Source: Escherichia phage phiWec177. Taken from it: 64,000 bases of DNA. The translations under genes were made by a program, and so were the position numbers. Location of the stretch: the sequence record LC739532.1; one strand, written 5' to 3'. The notes beneath the pieces are model-generated. The model had not been told where the DNA came from. It did no database searches and worked only from the letters and a program-made list of their open reading frames with translations. Positions within the stretch are counted from its first letter, which is position 1. Every line of letters starts with the position of its first letter. Of the stretch, positions 10,439 through 21,292 are shown piece after piece.

Positions 10439-12581
10439 ACGCATAAATGCCATTTTTGCTCTTCTTACGACCTTTTGTAATCTCATGAAGAAGTTCCTCA
10501 TCCTGTGTCTCCCTACAACGAACAATATCTTCTTCCTTGTTCAGACCAAAGTAAATACTGTTAAGTGTATGCGCATCAGTACCTGTGTAGACTTCATACA
10601 AATCATTATCAGCATCGTAACGACAATATTTATCAGCCTCTGGATTTAGGTACTTATCAAGATGCTTGCAGTAGTATCGTCCATCATCCTGTTTAGTGAA
10701 CTCTACAAACTCTTTACCTTCAGTTACCGCTTTGGTGAAGTCTTTATCACCCATAAAGTTACACAGTAAAACAAGCTGTGCAGAGTTCTGGTCAACTGAA
10801 ACGATATTAGTCCCTTCCTCACAAATCCACACCTCCCTCATAGGCGCTCCATAGACAGCAGCACCAGATGGTACGTTTACAATACCATATTGTGTCATAC
10901 GTCCAGTTGAAGTGCCAAACACCATTGCACCAGCACTAAGGCGACCATCAGGACGAATCTGGTTCAACCAACCTTTTTCATCATCCTTTGAGTTCTCAAT
11001 AGTTCTGCGTCGGTGCATCAAAGTATAGTACTTAGCAATCTTCTGTCCAAGCTCACCTTCAATCGTATCATAAGATGACTCAGTAAGTTTTGGTGAAGTA
11101 CGGATTAAGCAAGGCTCAAGCAAATCTGTGTATTTCTTCACAGACCAGTTATGCTCAATGTACTGTACACCTTCATGCTCAACATAGCTCAAACCACACC
11201 GCTCAACCATTTCCTGCCACTTAGGATGCTTTGTAATCATCTTTTTATTGTCTTTGAAACGACAAACTTTGACAGGGCGACCGTCTGAGTCTTTCTTGTA
11301 GTTCCAGTCATCTGGAATCCAACCAACTGATTTCAAGTAGTCTTTAACAACTGCTACCTGAGTCATGCGAGAAACTTCGAACTCAATTGGTGTATATGGT
11401 GCATCAATCAAACCTGTGTAGCGACTTGACTCAAGTTCAAAGTGGTTAACAACGTGGCTGTTATAGTACTTCACAGTTTTGACTGTTTTTACTGGCTTCC
11501 AGTCTTTGCACTTCTTACCAATCTTTGCATTCAACTCATTGCAAATTGCACGAGCATCCTTCATTGCTACAAAACCTTCCTTGTACTCTTCACCAGTTAC
11601 AGAGTTGGTTGGTGTATAGCAATTTCTTTTTTCAATGTTAAAAATCTTTGTAGTTGGCTTACCAAATGGCTTGATTTCGTATGTCTGCATCTCACCGTTA
11701 CGCACCTGCTGACGATACTTTGTTTTAGGGTACTTGGTAATTCTTTTCAGTCCATCTGCATGACCAAATGTTTCAACATACTCATTCCAAGCTTTTGCAA
11801 ACTCTTCTCCAGTCACTTTACCTTTGGTCTTAATAGTTGGAGGTAGATGTGGTTCAACCTCTGAAGCAAGCTCATTAGTCAACTTGTCAAGTTCCTTTAC
11901 ATGGAACTCCATAAGCTCTTTATCAGCTTTCCAACCATTGATAGCTTGTTGACTCATCCAGAAAGATGTTTCTTTAGCTCGCATGTAAGTTTCATAAGTG
12001 TCTATACCACACTTCTTAAGCTTGAGATACTCGTTATCAAGTGCCCGTTTAGTTTTGGCGTTAATACGGATATCTTCTACAACACGAGTGAAGATTTCTG
12101 CATTCCACACACCCCAATGTTCAATCTCTGGCTTACGAACACCAACACGAGCACCCCATGCAGCCAAACCATGAGCACCTTTATAACCCTTTGGAGTTGG
12201 TCTATCCATCCACTGAACACGAGACTGGATAAGAGAATCCTGAAAGAAATTACTCCACGGCTTACATTTTGGATTATCAAAGTTCCATAAATCAGGTGCA
12301 ATGTGATTGAAGACCCACCAGTCATAACCGAGACCGTTATGGATGCAAAGACGTTTTGCCTTTAACGCAAATTCAACACCTTCACGTAAACCACCCTTAA
12401 TGTACTTGGTATACTTGTGACCGAGGATAGGCTCATCTGTAAAGACCCATACAGGTGGCTCTTCATCGTCAGATTTATAGTCTGCGAAAGCCATTACGTG
12501 CACTTTAGTGAACTCAAGGAGTAAACCATCAGTTTCTGTATCACCAACCAAATGTAAGTTCTTAAAATCTACGTTTTCCAT
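10439..12581 (-). CDS. DNA polymerase (family A), exon 1 (3'-5' exonuclease plus polymerase N-part)
   Basis: VGDTETDGL Exo I motif; motif A VSVDQNSAQLVLL; ends within motif B (...RKKSKNGIYA); track ORF reads through into intron to a stop at 10398. Confidence 0.85.
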
Positions 12582-12839
12582 TTTTTACTCCCTCTAAAAC
12601 CGTTAACTTCATACATTACTGCAAAAAATTATAAAAAGCAAGTTGACAATGTACTTGACAAGGTGTTAATCTTTGCGAAGTGGGTTTTTACTTAAAAGGT
12701 TACTTAACAGTTTAACTATACAGATACTTTAAAACTCTTAAAAGATTATTTAATAGCTTTTAAAAAGCTTTAAAGTATAACGTATAGAATACGTTAAGAT
12801 AAAAGATTAAAACTTAATAGCTACTTAAAAGAGGCTTAC

Positions 12840-13262
12840 ATGCAGAAAATGTTTGTTCACCCAGACATAGCTGACTTTGTTAGAGCTTTGCAGAAGTTGG
12901 AAGAACTTGACATTGCTGCTCAACGGGAATATGCTCACCATCACAGGAGAATGGTTGATATACAACATGAAATAGAGTTGTCTGAAGACTATGAAGATGA
13001 CTTAAAATGCTCTGTATTTGAGCATATGAAAGATGTTGCTACAGCGAGACGTAAAGCTAAAGACACAGTTGCTTTACTAGATTCTCTTAAAAAGAGGTTG
13101 CAAAGTGGTACAGACCTGTGTAATCTAGCATCACTGATTAACGATGTTGAAACTTCTTGGGATAGGCACTATTATCCACGTTCTGAAAAGACACTTGACT
13201 TTTCTTCATCCGAAAACTTAAAATGTTCTAGAAAGAAACTTAACCAACTGAGAGAGAAATAA
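12840..13262 (+). CDS. hypothetical protein
   Basis: Track ORF, first gene of plus-strand block. Confidence 0.4.
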   Translation: MQKMFVHPDIADFVRALQKLEELDIAAQREYAHHHRRMVDIQHEIELSEDYEDDLKCSVFEHMKDVATARRKAKDTVALLDSLKKRLQSGTDLCNLASLINDVETSWDRHYYPRSEKTLDFSSSENLKCSRKKLNQLREK

Positions 13263-13263
13263 T

Positions 13264-14064
13264 ATGAATATCGATGTAGAAAAGATGCTTGAAGAGAAAG
13301 GTGTTGATGAAGCATTCTTAATCAATGCCGTAGAAAGCATGGCTATGATTCTTCGTGGCAACAACTACACAGAACAGTTTATGCCTGCAAGCTATAACTT
13401 GCCTGAAGACAAGTCTGATAACGGTGCTTTTGCAGAACAGGTTAATATGATGTTGACAGACACTACACTTGCTCTGGCATCTATTGCGGTTGGTGTTGAT
13501 GCACTTGCTGAGTTCATTTTTTATGAAATGCAAAAGAATGACTATATCAGGATGTCAGACGAAGATAAGGAACTGTTGCTGACTAAGGACACTGATTTCA
13601 TTATTGATACACTTATCTCATCAACGAGTGCTGTTATGGCTGTTCTTGAGAAGCGTATGGAAGAGAAACTTTCACGATATGAAAAACTTGATTGGGGCGT
13701 AGAAGAATTAAACCCACGAATCAAAGAGATTATCCAGCAAACTAAAGAGTCTTTGGAAGAAGCTGTTGAAAATGACTCTGTAGCTGACATTGAACCACTT
13801 CAGGTGAAAGTTGCACTGATGATTCCAGCTATATCTACGATGATGAATATCGTTGCACTAATCCAACTGTCACAGATGATGGGTGTGAGTATTGAGTTCA
13901 TTGAGGAAATGACTGGTGGCGTTAGTATGCAAGCAATCAATGATGTTTTGGTGAACATTGGTGCTTCAATCATTGAAGAGAAACTACGCATTAACTTCGG
14001 TGATGATTTTGTGAAGCAAATCTCAGCTATGGCTGAAAAAGAGTCTGCTGAGCAACTGCACTAA
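13264..14064 (+). CDS. hypothetical protein
   Basis: Track ORF; RBS AGAGAGA upstream. Confidence 0.4.
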   Translation: MNIDVEKMLEEKGVDEAFLINAVESMAMILRGNNYTEQFMPASYNLPEDKSDNGAFAEQVNMMLTDTTLALASIAVGVDALAEFIFYEMQKNDYIRMSDEDKELLLTKDTDFIIDTLISSTSAVMAVLEKRMEEKLSRYEKLDWGVEELNPRIKEIIQQTKESLEEAVENDSVADIEPLQVKVALMIPAISTMMNIVALIQLSQMMGVSIEFIEEMTGGVSMQAINDVLVNIGASIIEEKLRINFGDDFVKQISAMAEKESAEQLH

Positions 14065-14125
14065 GTCTTTATAAATCTTACAAGCCTCCTTAGTTGGGGG
14101 CTTTTTAGTAATTAAGGGAGATAAA

Positions 14126-14869
14126 ATGAGTAATATTATCGCATTTACTGGAAAGGCACGTTCTGGAAAAGACACCTCATGTTCTATTGTGAAGAACATC
14201 TTAGAGGATGAGTATGGCTACAATGTTGCTGTAATGGCCTTTGCAGACAACCTTAAACTATCTGCATCAAAGATATTTGACTTGACTTGGAATGACCTGT
14301 ACGGTGAAACTAAAGAGACTCCACAGGTTTTTGACTTATCATACTCTGAACTGATGTTTAAAGTTACGGAAGCTATGGAGTTCACCTTCAGAGATGAACG
14401 TTACCATATGGACTTCAAGCTTATGTCAGAGTTAACCGGACGATTAATCATGGAGCTTAAGAAGGTTGCTAAACCGACTCTATTGACACGTCTGGGGTTT
14501 AGTAAAAAGTATAAATTCTCATCAAGACAAATTCAACAGGTTTGGGGTACTGAAGTTGTCCGTAAAGTAATGGGCGACAAGTTCTGGTCTAAAGACCTTG
14601 AAAAAAGAATGGTTAGATTCCATGAAATGTGCTCACTTAGAAACCAATATGGTTTTGTCTTAATCAGTGATTTAAGATTTGACTCTGAAGCTGAATGGCT
14701 GAGTAGATTTGCACACCAAACTATTGAAGTAAAAAGAGACAATGTGGACAAAGTTTCATCACATGTTTCAGAAAATGGGATTTCTACAAAATATGAGCGT
14801 GACATTATTCATAATAATGGTACTCTTGCAGACCTTGAGAACAAGCTAAGAGCCATCATTAAAGTTTAA
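14126..14869 (+). CDS. deoxynucleoside monophosphate kinase (P-loop)
   Basis: N-terminal IIAFTGKARSGKDT P-loop typical of phage dNMP kinases; RBS AAGGGAG. Confidence 0.6.
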   Translation: MSNIIAFTGKARSGKDTSCSIVKNILEDEYGYNVAVMAFADNLKLSASKIFDLTWNDLYGETKETPQVFDLSYSELMFKVTEAMEFTFRDERYHMDFKLMSELTGRLIMELKKVAKPTLLTRLGFSKKYKFSSRQIQQVWGTEVVRKVMGDKFWSKDLEKRMVRFHEMCSLRNQYGFVLISDLRFDSEAEWLSRFAHQTIEVKRDNVDKVSSHVSENGISTKYERDIIHNNGTLADLENKLRAIIKV

Positions 14870-14877
14870 AAGAGAGA

Positions 14878-15078
14878 ATGAAGATGAGAGTAAAAGACAA
14901 TTTTAAAGTTATTGACCACCGTTTAGTGGAACTCTCATCTCTTTCCAATGAGGTAATGATTGAACGTCTTAAGAGAGTTGAATCACGAAGGAAAGAGATT
15001 GCAGATGAAATTCATGAACTGGACAAGATTGAAAACGGATTGAAGGCAGAACTACAACGAAGAGGTGCTAATGTCTAA
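14878..15078 (+). CDS. hypothetical coiled-coil protein
   Basis: Track ORF. Confidence 0.3.
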   Translation: MKMRVKDNFKVIDHRLVELSSLSNEVMIERLKRVESRRKEIADEIHELDKIENGLKAELQRRGANV

Positions 15079-17056
15079 AGGTCGTAAATTGAAAGAGGCT
15101 GGTCAGTTTATTGGTCATTGTGCATGTCCACGTTGTGGTTCATCAGATGCTGGTTCAATCTATCATCATGACGATGATTCTTATTCGATGACTTGCTTTA
15201 GTTGTAACAAAGGTTTCCCAGAGTGGGATTTTGATAAAGGACAAATCGTGAGCACTTATTCTACTGGTTCAGACAATAAAAACCGTACTTTCCGTGGAAT
15301 GGATTTAGACGATGTGAAAGAAAACCTAGAAGCAATGGACTTGAAAGATAGGAAGATTCCTGCAAAAGTCCTTGAACGCTTAGGTATCAAGGTTGACATT
15401 GACAGTGATGGTGAAATTGACGCACATTTCTATCCAACTTACAAACGTAATGAAGATGGTAAGCTAGAACATGTTGGTTACCGTGTTCGTCACCGTTACC
15501 CAGAAGACCATCCAAAAGAGCACCTACGTGGTAAGCTAAAAGACTTTTCTGGTGGTGTTGGAGACATTAAAGGTGAACTGGCAATGTTCGGTTCATGGAT
15601 TGCTCCAGAAGGTGGTAACCGTCTATTCATCTGGGAAGGTGAGATGGAATGTGCGACAGCAATCTACATGACTTCTTTGGCGATTAAAGATAAGTCTCGT
15701 CGTAAGAATTACTGTCACGTATCTGTTCCGTCAGGTGCAAACATTAAGTCTATCAAAGACAACTATCAGTACATCACATCATTTGATGAGATTTACTTGT
15801 GCTTTGATAACGATGAAGCAGGTGCTAAAGCTACTAAAGAGGCTGCTGGTATCCTACCTATTGAGAAGGTTCGTTTATTCCAGTATCCAGAGGGTGTAAA
15901 AGACCTTAACGAATGGTGGACAAAGTTCTATAAAGAGAAAGATACAGTTCTGGAAGGATTTAAGCAGCGTATCTACAATGCACCTCGTTACTGTCCTGCT
16001 GGTATCAAGAACTTCGCAGATGGTTTTGAGGCAATGAAGAATCGTGGTCAGATTCCATTGATTCCTTTCCCAGAATCTTTCGGAGATTTGAACAGGCTGA
16101 CTTATGGCGGTTATGGTTTAGGTGAGATTACAACTCTGGCAGCACCATCTTCAGTGGGTAAATCTGCATACACTCGTGAAATGATTTACACTGCTTGGAA
16201 AGATACTGATTACAATATTGGTGTAATTCCTGTCGAAGATACATATGAAGAGTTGATGGAGATGCTCTGTGCAATCCACCTGAGCAAGCAGATTTCTGAG
16301 ATTCCTTATGACGAACGTGATTGGGATGAATTGAAGGAAGCACATGCAGAACTGTCTAAATGTCGTCGTATCCACATCGTTGACCATCAAGGTGCAATTG
16401 ACCAAGATAACCTGCTGGAATTTGTTGACTATCTTGTTAACAGTTTAGACTGTAAGATTATTATTCTTGACCCTATTACGTTGGCTCTGTCACGTTCAGA
16501 TACGGATGAAGAGGAAGTTTTGTCTGAGCTATTGCGCCGTTGCAAACGCTACCAGTATGCACAGGTGAACGTCTGTCACGTTCGTAAGAGTGCAGGTGGT
16601 CAGAAGGCTAACTCTGAAGGTGGAGATATCTCTGAAGAGGATATTAAAGGCTCTGGTGCGTATTTCCAGATTTCTATGAACAACATTCTGTTAATGCGTA
16701 ACAAGGTTGACCCAGACCCTGTTAAGAAAAACTTGACAAAAATCAAGTTAACTAAGTGTCGTCGTCATGGTAAGTCAACGGGTATTGCTGGTCATACTTG
16801 GTACAATCCAGATACAGGACGCCTCATCAAAGCATCTGGTTGTGGAGTTGACATTGATGGCGCAGCAGAAAATATTCGCCAACAGTTTGGTATTGGTGAA
16901 GCTGAAGACCATTACGATGACTCTTTGCCACATTATGAGGATGAAGTGTTTGACCGTGAGACTGGTGAAGTCTATACTGAAGAACAGCGTCAAAGCTCAA
17001 CGATTCCACCTGTATTAAGTGAGGATGCAGATGACTGCCCATTCGAAACTGAGTGA
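15065..17056 (+). CDS. bifunctional DNA primase-helicase (T7 gp4-like)
   Basis: N-terminal Cys4 zinc ribbon CPRCGSSD...CFSCNKGF, central TOPRIM-like region, C-terminal Walker A GLGEITTLAAPSSVGKS. Confidence 0.85.
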   Translation: MLMSKGRKLKEAGQFIGHCACPRCGSSDAGSIYHHDDDSYSMTCFSCNKGFPEWDFDKGQIVSTYSTGSDNKNRTFRGMDLDDVKENLEAMDLKDRKIPAKVLERLGIKVDIDSDGEIDAHFYPTYKRNEDGKLEHVGYRVRHRYPEDHPKEHLRGKLKDFSGGVGDIKGELAMFGSWIAPEGGNRLFIWEGEMECATAIYMTSLAIKDKSRRKNYCHVSVPSGANIKSIKDNYQYITSFDEIYLCFDNDEAGAKATKEAAGILPIEKVRLFQYPEGVKDLNEWWTKFYKEKDTVLEGFKQRIYNAPRYCPAGIKNFADGFEAMKNRGQIPLIPFPESFGDLNRLTYGGYGLGEITTLAAPSSVGKSAYTREMIYTAWKDTDYNIGVIPVEDTYEELMEMLCAIHLSKQISEIPYDERDWDELKEAHAELSKCRRIHIVDHQGAIDQDNLLEFVDYLVNSLDCKIIILDPITLALSRSDTDEEEVLSELLRRCKRYQYAQVNVCHVRKSAGGQKANSEGGDISEEDIKGSGAYFQISMNNILLMRNKVDPDPVKKNLTKIKLTKCRRHGKSTGIAGHTWYNPDTGRLIKASGCGVDIDGAAENIRQQFGIGEAEDHYDDSLPHYEDEVFDRETGEVYTEEQRQSSTIPPVLSEDADDCPFETE

Positions 17057-17308
17057 TAGTTATAAAAGAGAGGGGTTCACACCCTTCTTTGAAGAAAAAA
17101 GTTTAAATAAATTTCAGGAAGAGTGTTTGACAAAGATTGATAGGTTCTATAGAATGCTCCTTATGAAATGCGATGGAGAAGTTGAGATAAAAGAAGATTT
17201 CCACCAAAGCATGATTACAGTCATCGTTGCGCTGCCTCAGCATAATATTAGTTGGCTGTTTATAATTAAAGAAAATGTGTTTGAATATCAAGTATATCGG
17301 AGAATATC

Positions 17309-17458
17309 ATGAAACACTCTAAAGCATTTGAAAAAGTTTTTGGGGATTCCTTAAAAGCCACTGCTGGAAAACCAGCAAAATACTATGAAGAAAAACGTGT
17401 AAGAACTGGAAAAACTGCACGTAAAGCAGCTTCTAAAGATAAGCACAACTTCCAGTAA
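17309..17458 (+). CDS. hypothetical small basic protein
   Basis: 49-codon ORF MKHSKAFEKVF... below track cutoff; weak. Confidence 0.25.
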   Translation: MKHSKAFEKVFGDSLKATAGKPAKYYEEKRVRTGKTARKAASKDKHNFQ

Positions 17459-17465
17459 TTAGTAT

Positions 17466-17494
17466 TTGACAATAGAGTATCAACAAATTAGAAT
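17466..17494 (+). promoter_or_regulatory. sigma70-like promoter
   Basis: TTGACA-17 bp-TAGAAT upstream of 17531. Confidence 0.45.
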
Positions 17495-17530
17495 TGGTAC
17501 TCTTCATAAATTGAGATAGAGGTTTAAATA

Positions 17531-18397
17531 ATGTCTAAAGTTGTTAAAATGAAAGCTCCGGTAGAGAAATACAATGGTACTGAACGTCAAACTCTGCGTT
17601 ACCTGCTGAAAGATGTCTGGTTTTATTACCTGAACACTTCACCACGTCCGGGTAAAGGTAAATCTATTGACAAGAAATTCCCAGGAAAAGACTGCAACTA
17701 CAGTGTTTCAATTCTGGCAGAAGATGGTAACAAGCTCTTTAAAGAGTTTACTAAGTCTAAGAAGAACCCAGAAGGTTGGGATAAAGTTACTACTGAAGCA
17801 GTTGATGCAGATGACTTCGAAGAGAAGTTTGGCTGCAAACCACCATTTGAAGCAGACACTTACTACATCTTGAAAGTAAGTCGTGCAGCAGCTTATAAAG
17901 ATGGTGCTGTATGGACAGCTAAACAGTCATTCCCTGTTATGCTTATTGAAGAAGTAAATGGTAAGCGTGTAGCTGTTAAACAACCGATGAAGAAAATCAA
18001 AGCTCAAGCATCTGATAAACATGAAGATGATAAGAACTATGATGTAATTCATCCAGATATCGCAGTTGGTAACGGTTCTTTTGGTAGTGTGATTCTTTCT
18101 ACTCACTTCTACACTTTTGAGAACAATGTTCTGACAAAACCTATTCAGGAACAGTTTATCATTGATACTCTTGTACCTTACACTGGTGGTAACGGTGCTA
18201 ATGGTGAACCTGAACTGGATGAAGATGAACTGGCTATGCTTGGTCTTGATGGTGTTGAAGATAACGGTGAAATCACTGAAGAAGACGCAACAGACCACAA
18301 ACCTTCGAATGATTCTGATGATTCTGATGACGGTGATGATGAAGATTTGCCAGACCCAGATGACGAAGAAGATGAAGACTTCGATACAGAAGACTAA
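17531..18397 (+). CDS. single-stranded DNA-binding protein-like (acidic C-terminal tail)
   Basis: 288 aa; extremely acidic C-terminus DSDDSDDGDDEDLPDPDDEEDEDFDTED as in T7 gp2.5-type SSBs; sits between primase-helicase and flap endonuclease. Confidence 0.5.
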   Translation: MSKVVKMKAPVEKYNGTERQTLRYLLKDVWFYYLNTSPRPGKGKSIDKKFPGKDCNYSVSILAEDGNKLFKEFTKSKKNPEGWDKVTTEAVDADDFEEKFGCKPPFEADTYYILKVSRAAAYKDGAVWTAKQSFPVMLIEEVNGKRVAVKQPMKKIKAQASDKHEDDKNYDVIHPDIAVGNGSFGSVILSTHFYTFENNVLTKPIQEQFIIDTLVPYTGGNGANGEPELDEDELAMLGLDGVEDNGEITEEDATDHKPSNDSDDSDDGDDEDLPDPDDEEDEDFDTED

Positions 18398-18414
18398 TCT
18401 CTAAAAGTTACTTT

Positions 18415-18445
18415 AAAGCCCTGTACTCAGTATGGGGCTTTTTCA
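18415..18445 (+). terminator. terminator-like hairpin
   Basis: AAGCCC-loop-GGGGCTT then TTTT. Confidence 0.5.
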
Positions 18446-18459
18446 TATGGAGAGCCATA

Positions 18460-19500
18460 ATGGAGAAGTACACATTAACAAAACTTCCCGATTCAGTTAC
18501 ACATGTTTTTATTGACTCTGACAGTATTGCCTACAAAGGTGCTTGTGTAGTTGAGAAAGCAAAATATAAATATGTCAATAAACTCACAGCAGAAGAATCT
18601 GAGCCATTTGATAATGCGAAAGATGCTGCAAGATGGTTAGCAGACCAGAGAATCCTTGTGGAAGAACTTGGCCTGACATTTGATGAAGATGAATGGGAAA
18701 GACAGACTTGGAAAGAAGCTAAGAGTGAAAAAGAAGCTATCATGGCTACTCAACAGGTGCTTCAGGAATGGCTTAAGGTTGTTGGTAAAGAGAGAACTTG
18801 GGTAGGTTATTTAACAGAGAAAGGTGTGCATAAACACAAAGACATTAAAGGTCTTGAGCACCAATATCAAGGTAACCGTAAAGATGCTGTCACACCAACA
18901 CACTTAGTTGCTTGTCGTGAATATCTTCTGTCAAGACCAGAGTTCAAATTGATTCTTGATGGATTTGAAGCTGACTCTATCGTTATTGCTAAAGCTGAAA
19001 AGATGGGAAAAAAGGCTGCCTTAATGAGTATTGATAAAGACCTTCGCCAAGCTGAAGGGACTTACTGTATTGATATGACCTATGAAAAGTCACCTTTGAT
19101 TTTCATTGCTGATAACAACGTTGGTGAAATTTGGGATTGTCCAATAAAATCGACACCAAAAGCTAAGAAGACAGTTGGGGTAGGTTTTAAATTCCTTTGT
19201 TACCAAGCTGTGGCTGGTGATAATGCGGATAATTATTTTGGTTTAAAGGGTGTTGGTAAGGCTACTATAATGAAAGCCCTTGAAGGTAAAACCACTTACA
19301 AAGAGTGTCTTGATGCTATCTATGAACTTTATGCTAAGAAAGAGTCATACACTTATGTCTCGTGGGATGGTCAAACAATTACCAGAACACCTTTAGAGTT
19401 AATGCAGCAACACTTTTTCTTAGCTTATCAGGAAAGAAACAAGAAAGACGATTTTACTTTTAAGAAATATAATTGGGAGCCTTGTATGAATGAAGATTAA
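18460..19500 (+). CDS. 5'-3' exonuclease / flap endonuclease (FEN family)
   Basis: H3TH-like GDNADNYFGLKGVGKATIMKAL and N-terminal acidic nuclease residues (FIDSDS). Confidence 0.7.
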   Translation: MEKYTLTKLPDSVTHVFIDSDSIAYKGACVVEKAKYKYVNKLTAEESEPFDNAKDAARWLADQRILVEELGLTFDEDEWERQTWKEAKSEKEAIMATQQVLQEWLKVVGKERTWVGYLTEKGVHKHKDIKGLEHQYQGNRKDAVTPTHLVACREYLLSRPEFKLILDGFEADSIVIAKAEKMGKKAALMSIDKDLRQAEGTYCIDMTYEKSPLIFIADNNVGEIWDCPIKSTPKAKKTVGVGFKFLCYQAVAGDNADNYFGLKGVGKATIMKALEGKTTYKECLDAIYELYAKKESYTYVSWDGQTITRTPLELMQQHFFLAYQERNKKDDFTFKKYNWEPCMNED

Positions 19501-19987
19501 AGGATTTGGTAATTACCCTACCTATGGTCATTGGGTATCTTTATGTGGGGAAGTTGACCCCACTAAACATTTTGGCTTTATCTATTTAGTACACTGTAAG
19601 AAGACTGGACAATATTATATCGGAAGGAAACAGTTTAATAGCGTGACCAAAAGAAAAGTTGCTGGTAAGACTCGGAAGAAAATAGTCACTAAGGAAAGTG
19701 ATTGGATGACTTACGAGACTTCTTCTGAGTATATTAAAAAAGATATTGAGAGTTTTGGAAAAGAATTTTTTGACTTTTACATTATCCAAACCTACTACAC
19801 AAAAGGTGGCCTAGTTTATGGTGAAGCAAACCTTCAACATAAGTTCGATGTAATGACAAAAAGGATTGACTCGAAGCTCAGACTCTTCTACAATGCCAAT
19901 ATTGCAGCAATTAAGTTTATTACTAAAGAAACTTATGAAGATGCTGAAAAAAGAATCCATAAGGTAATGAAAGCAAATTGTGCTTGA
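19490..19987 (+). CDS. GIY-YIG nuclease domain protein
   Basis: FIYLVHCKKTGQYYIGRK matches GIY-(10 aa)-YIG spacing. Confidence 0.45.
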   Translation: MKIKGFGNYPTYGHWVSLCGEVDPTKHFGFIYLVHCKKTGQYYIGRKQFNSVTKRKVAGKTRKKIVTKESDWMTYETSSEYIKKDIESFGKEFFDFYIIQTYYTKGGLVYGEANLQHKFDVMTKRIDSKLRLFYNANIAAIKFITKETYEDAEKRIHKVMKANCA

Positions 19988-19993
19988 TAACTA

Positions 19994-20257
19994 TTGAGAG
20001 AGAATAAAATGTTTAACAAAAGTAAAGCTGTAAGTCATGTAGCAAAAGTTGACAGCAAGATTGAAGAACTTGAGCGCATTCTTGCAAATGCTAAAGAGTC
20101 AATAATTAAAGAAGTTGAAGCTGTTGAATCTCAAATGCAGCACCTAATGCTTAAACGTCAAGAGCTACGTGAACATCTAGAATATATTGAAACACGAGAG
20201 CTAAAGGTTAACAAATATTTTAAGGAGTCCGAATGTTTAACTCAAGAGAATCAGTAA
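19994..20257 (+). CDS. hypothetical coiled-coil protein
   Basis: Track ORF. Confidence 0.3.
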   Translation: MRENKMFNKSKAVSHVAKVDSKIEELERILANAKESIIKEVEAVESQMQHLMLKRQELREHLEYIETRELKVNKYFKESECLTQENQ

Positions 20258-20988
20258 AAAACTGGAACCTTCGTTGTGGAAACACTCAAAAGCAACCTTA
20301 CAGTGATGAGTATTGGGAATCTTTAAAATCTCAATCTCTGTGTATGCTTGAAGAAGCAAAAGAGCTTGTAAAAGCAATTGAAGAGAAAGACCCCATTGAG
20401 ACACTGGATGCTCAGGCAGATTTACAATATGTTCTTGACGGCTTGATTTACCTGTCACAACATGACCATAACGGTGCTATGAAAGCTGTTTGCCATAATA
20501 ATGACCTGAAGTACACAGATGACTATGAAGAAGCTTTAAAGCGTCTTGCAGACATTGAAAAGCGTACTGGTCAAGAGTGTATTATCAGAATGTCAGTAGT
20601 TGATGGTAAAGAGTGGTATGCAATTGTTCGTGCAGCAGATGGGAAGATTATGAAGCAATCGAATCTCCCTAAAGTACAGCTTGGTGAATACATTGTAGAA
20701 CTTGAAAGCCAAGAACTTTTTGTGGTAGTATCTGAGACATGCGTTATCTGCAAAGGTCTTGTAGGTAGCTTAAAGGATTTGGGTGTAGATGGTTTTGTAG
20801 AAGTTAATCCAATTACCTCTAAAGCAGATAAAGACTTCTGTAAAGAGAATGGACTATGGATTGCAGATATTGTCTACTATGATGGTGAGCAGTTCCATGT
20901 AACCTCATACCCGAAACTGAATTATGATGCTAATAACCTGAAGTGCTGGTTAAAAGGGGTTGGTTATAATGGATTCACAGAACATTAA
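20233..20988 (+). CDS. hypothetical protein with MazG-like N-terminal motif
   Basis: EEAKELVKAIEEKD...DAQADLQYVLDGL resembles the all-alpha NTP pyrophosphohydrolase E..E..E..D signature; weak. Confidence 0.35.
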   Translation: MFNSRESVKNWNLRCGNTQKQPYSDEYWESLKSQSLCMLEEAKELVKAIEEKDPIETLDAQADLQYVLDGLIYLSQHDHNGAMKAVCHNNDLKYTDDYEEALKRLADIEKRTGQECIIRMSVVDGKEWYAIVRAADGKIMKQSNLPKVQLGEYIVELESQELFVVVSETCVICKGLVGSLKDLGVDGFVEVNPITSKADKDFCKENGLWIADIVYYDGEQFHVTSYPKLNYDANNLKCWLKGVGYNGFTEH

Positions 20989-21292
20989 TAAAGAGGGTGT
21001 GGCTCAGAAGAGCCACTTCTCAAACTACAATATTTCTATGACGGTGTTTATGAATGACCCGTTACTTGAAAAGTATGGTGAGACTCCAGATACACTTCTG
21101 GACAATGAACAAGTTTTAAAAGCAGTCCTGTACAAATACGGGATTGATATTGAGAAAGAGTATTCCTTTGAAATCTGCCAACACAGAAATACTTTTGGGA
21201 AAGTTGTGATGGCCCCCCTCTTTATGGGTGTAGAAAGAACTGACGATGGTTGGTTGTATCTAAAAAGAAACTTGGAGAAATACCGTGTCTAA
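20960..21292 (+). CDS. hypothetical protein
   Basis: Track ORF. Confidence 0.3.
   Translation: MVIMDSQNINKEGVAQKSHFSNYNISMTVFMNDPLLEKYGETPDTLLDNEQVLKAVLYKYGIDIEKEYSFEICQHRNTFGKVVMAPLFMGVERTDDGWLYLKRNLEKYRV

Noticed and set aside
9614-12581. DNA polymerase as a pseudogene or two-subunit enzyme
   Set aside because: The break falls inside motif B and the intervening 268 nt has group I intron core elements and a P1 pairing; splicing restores the motif.
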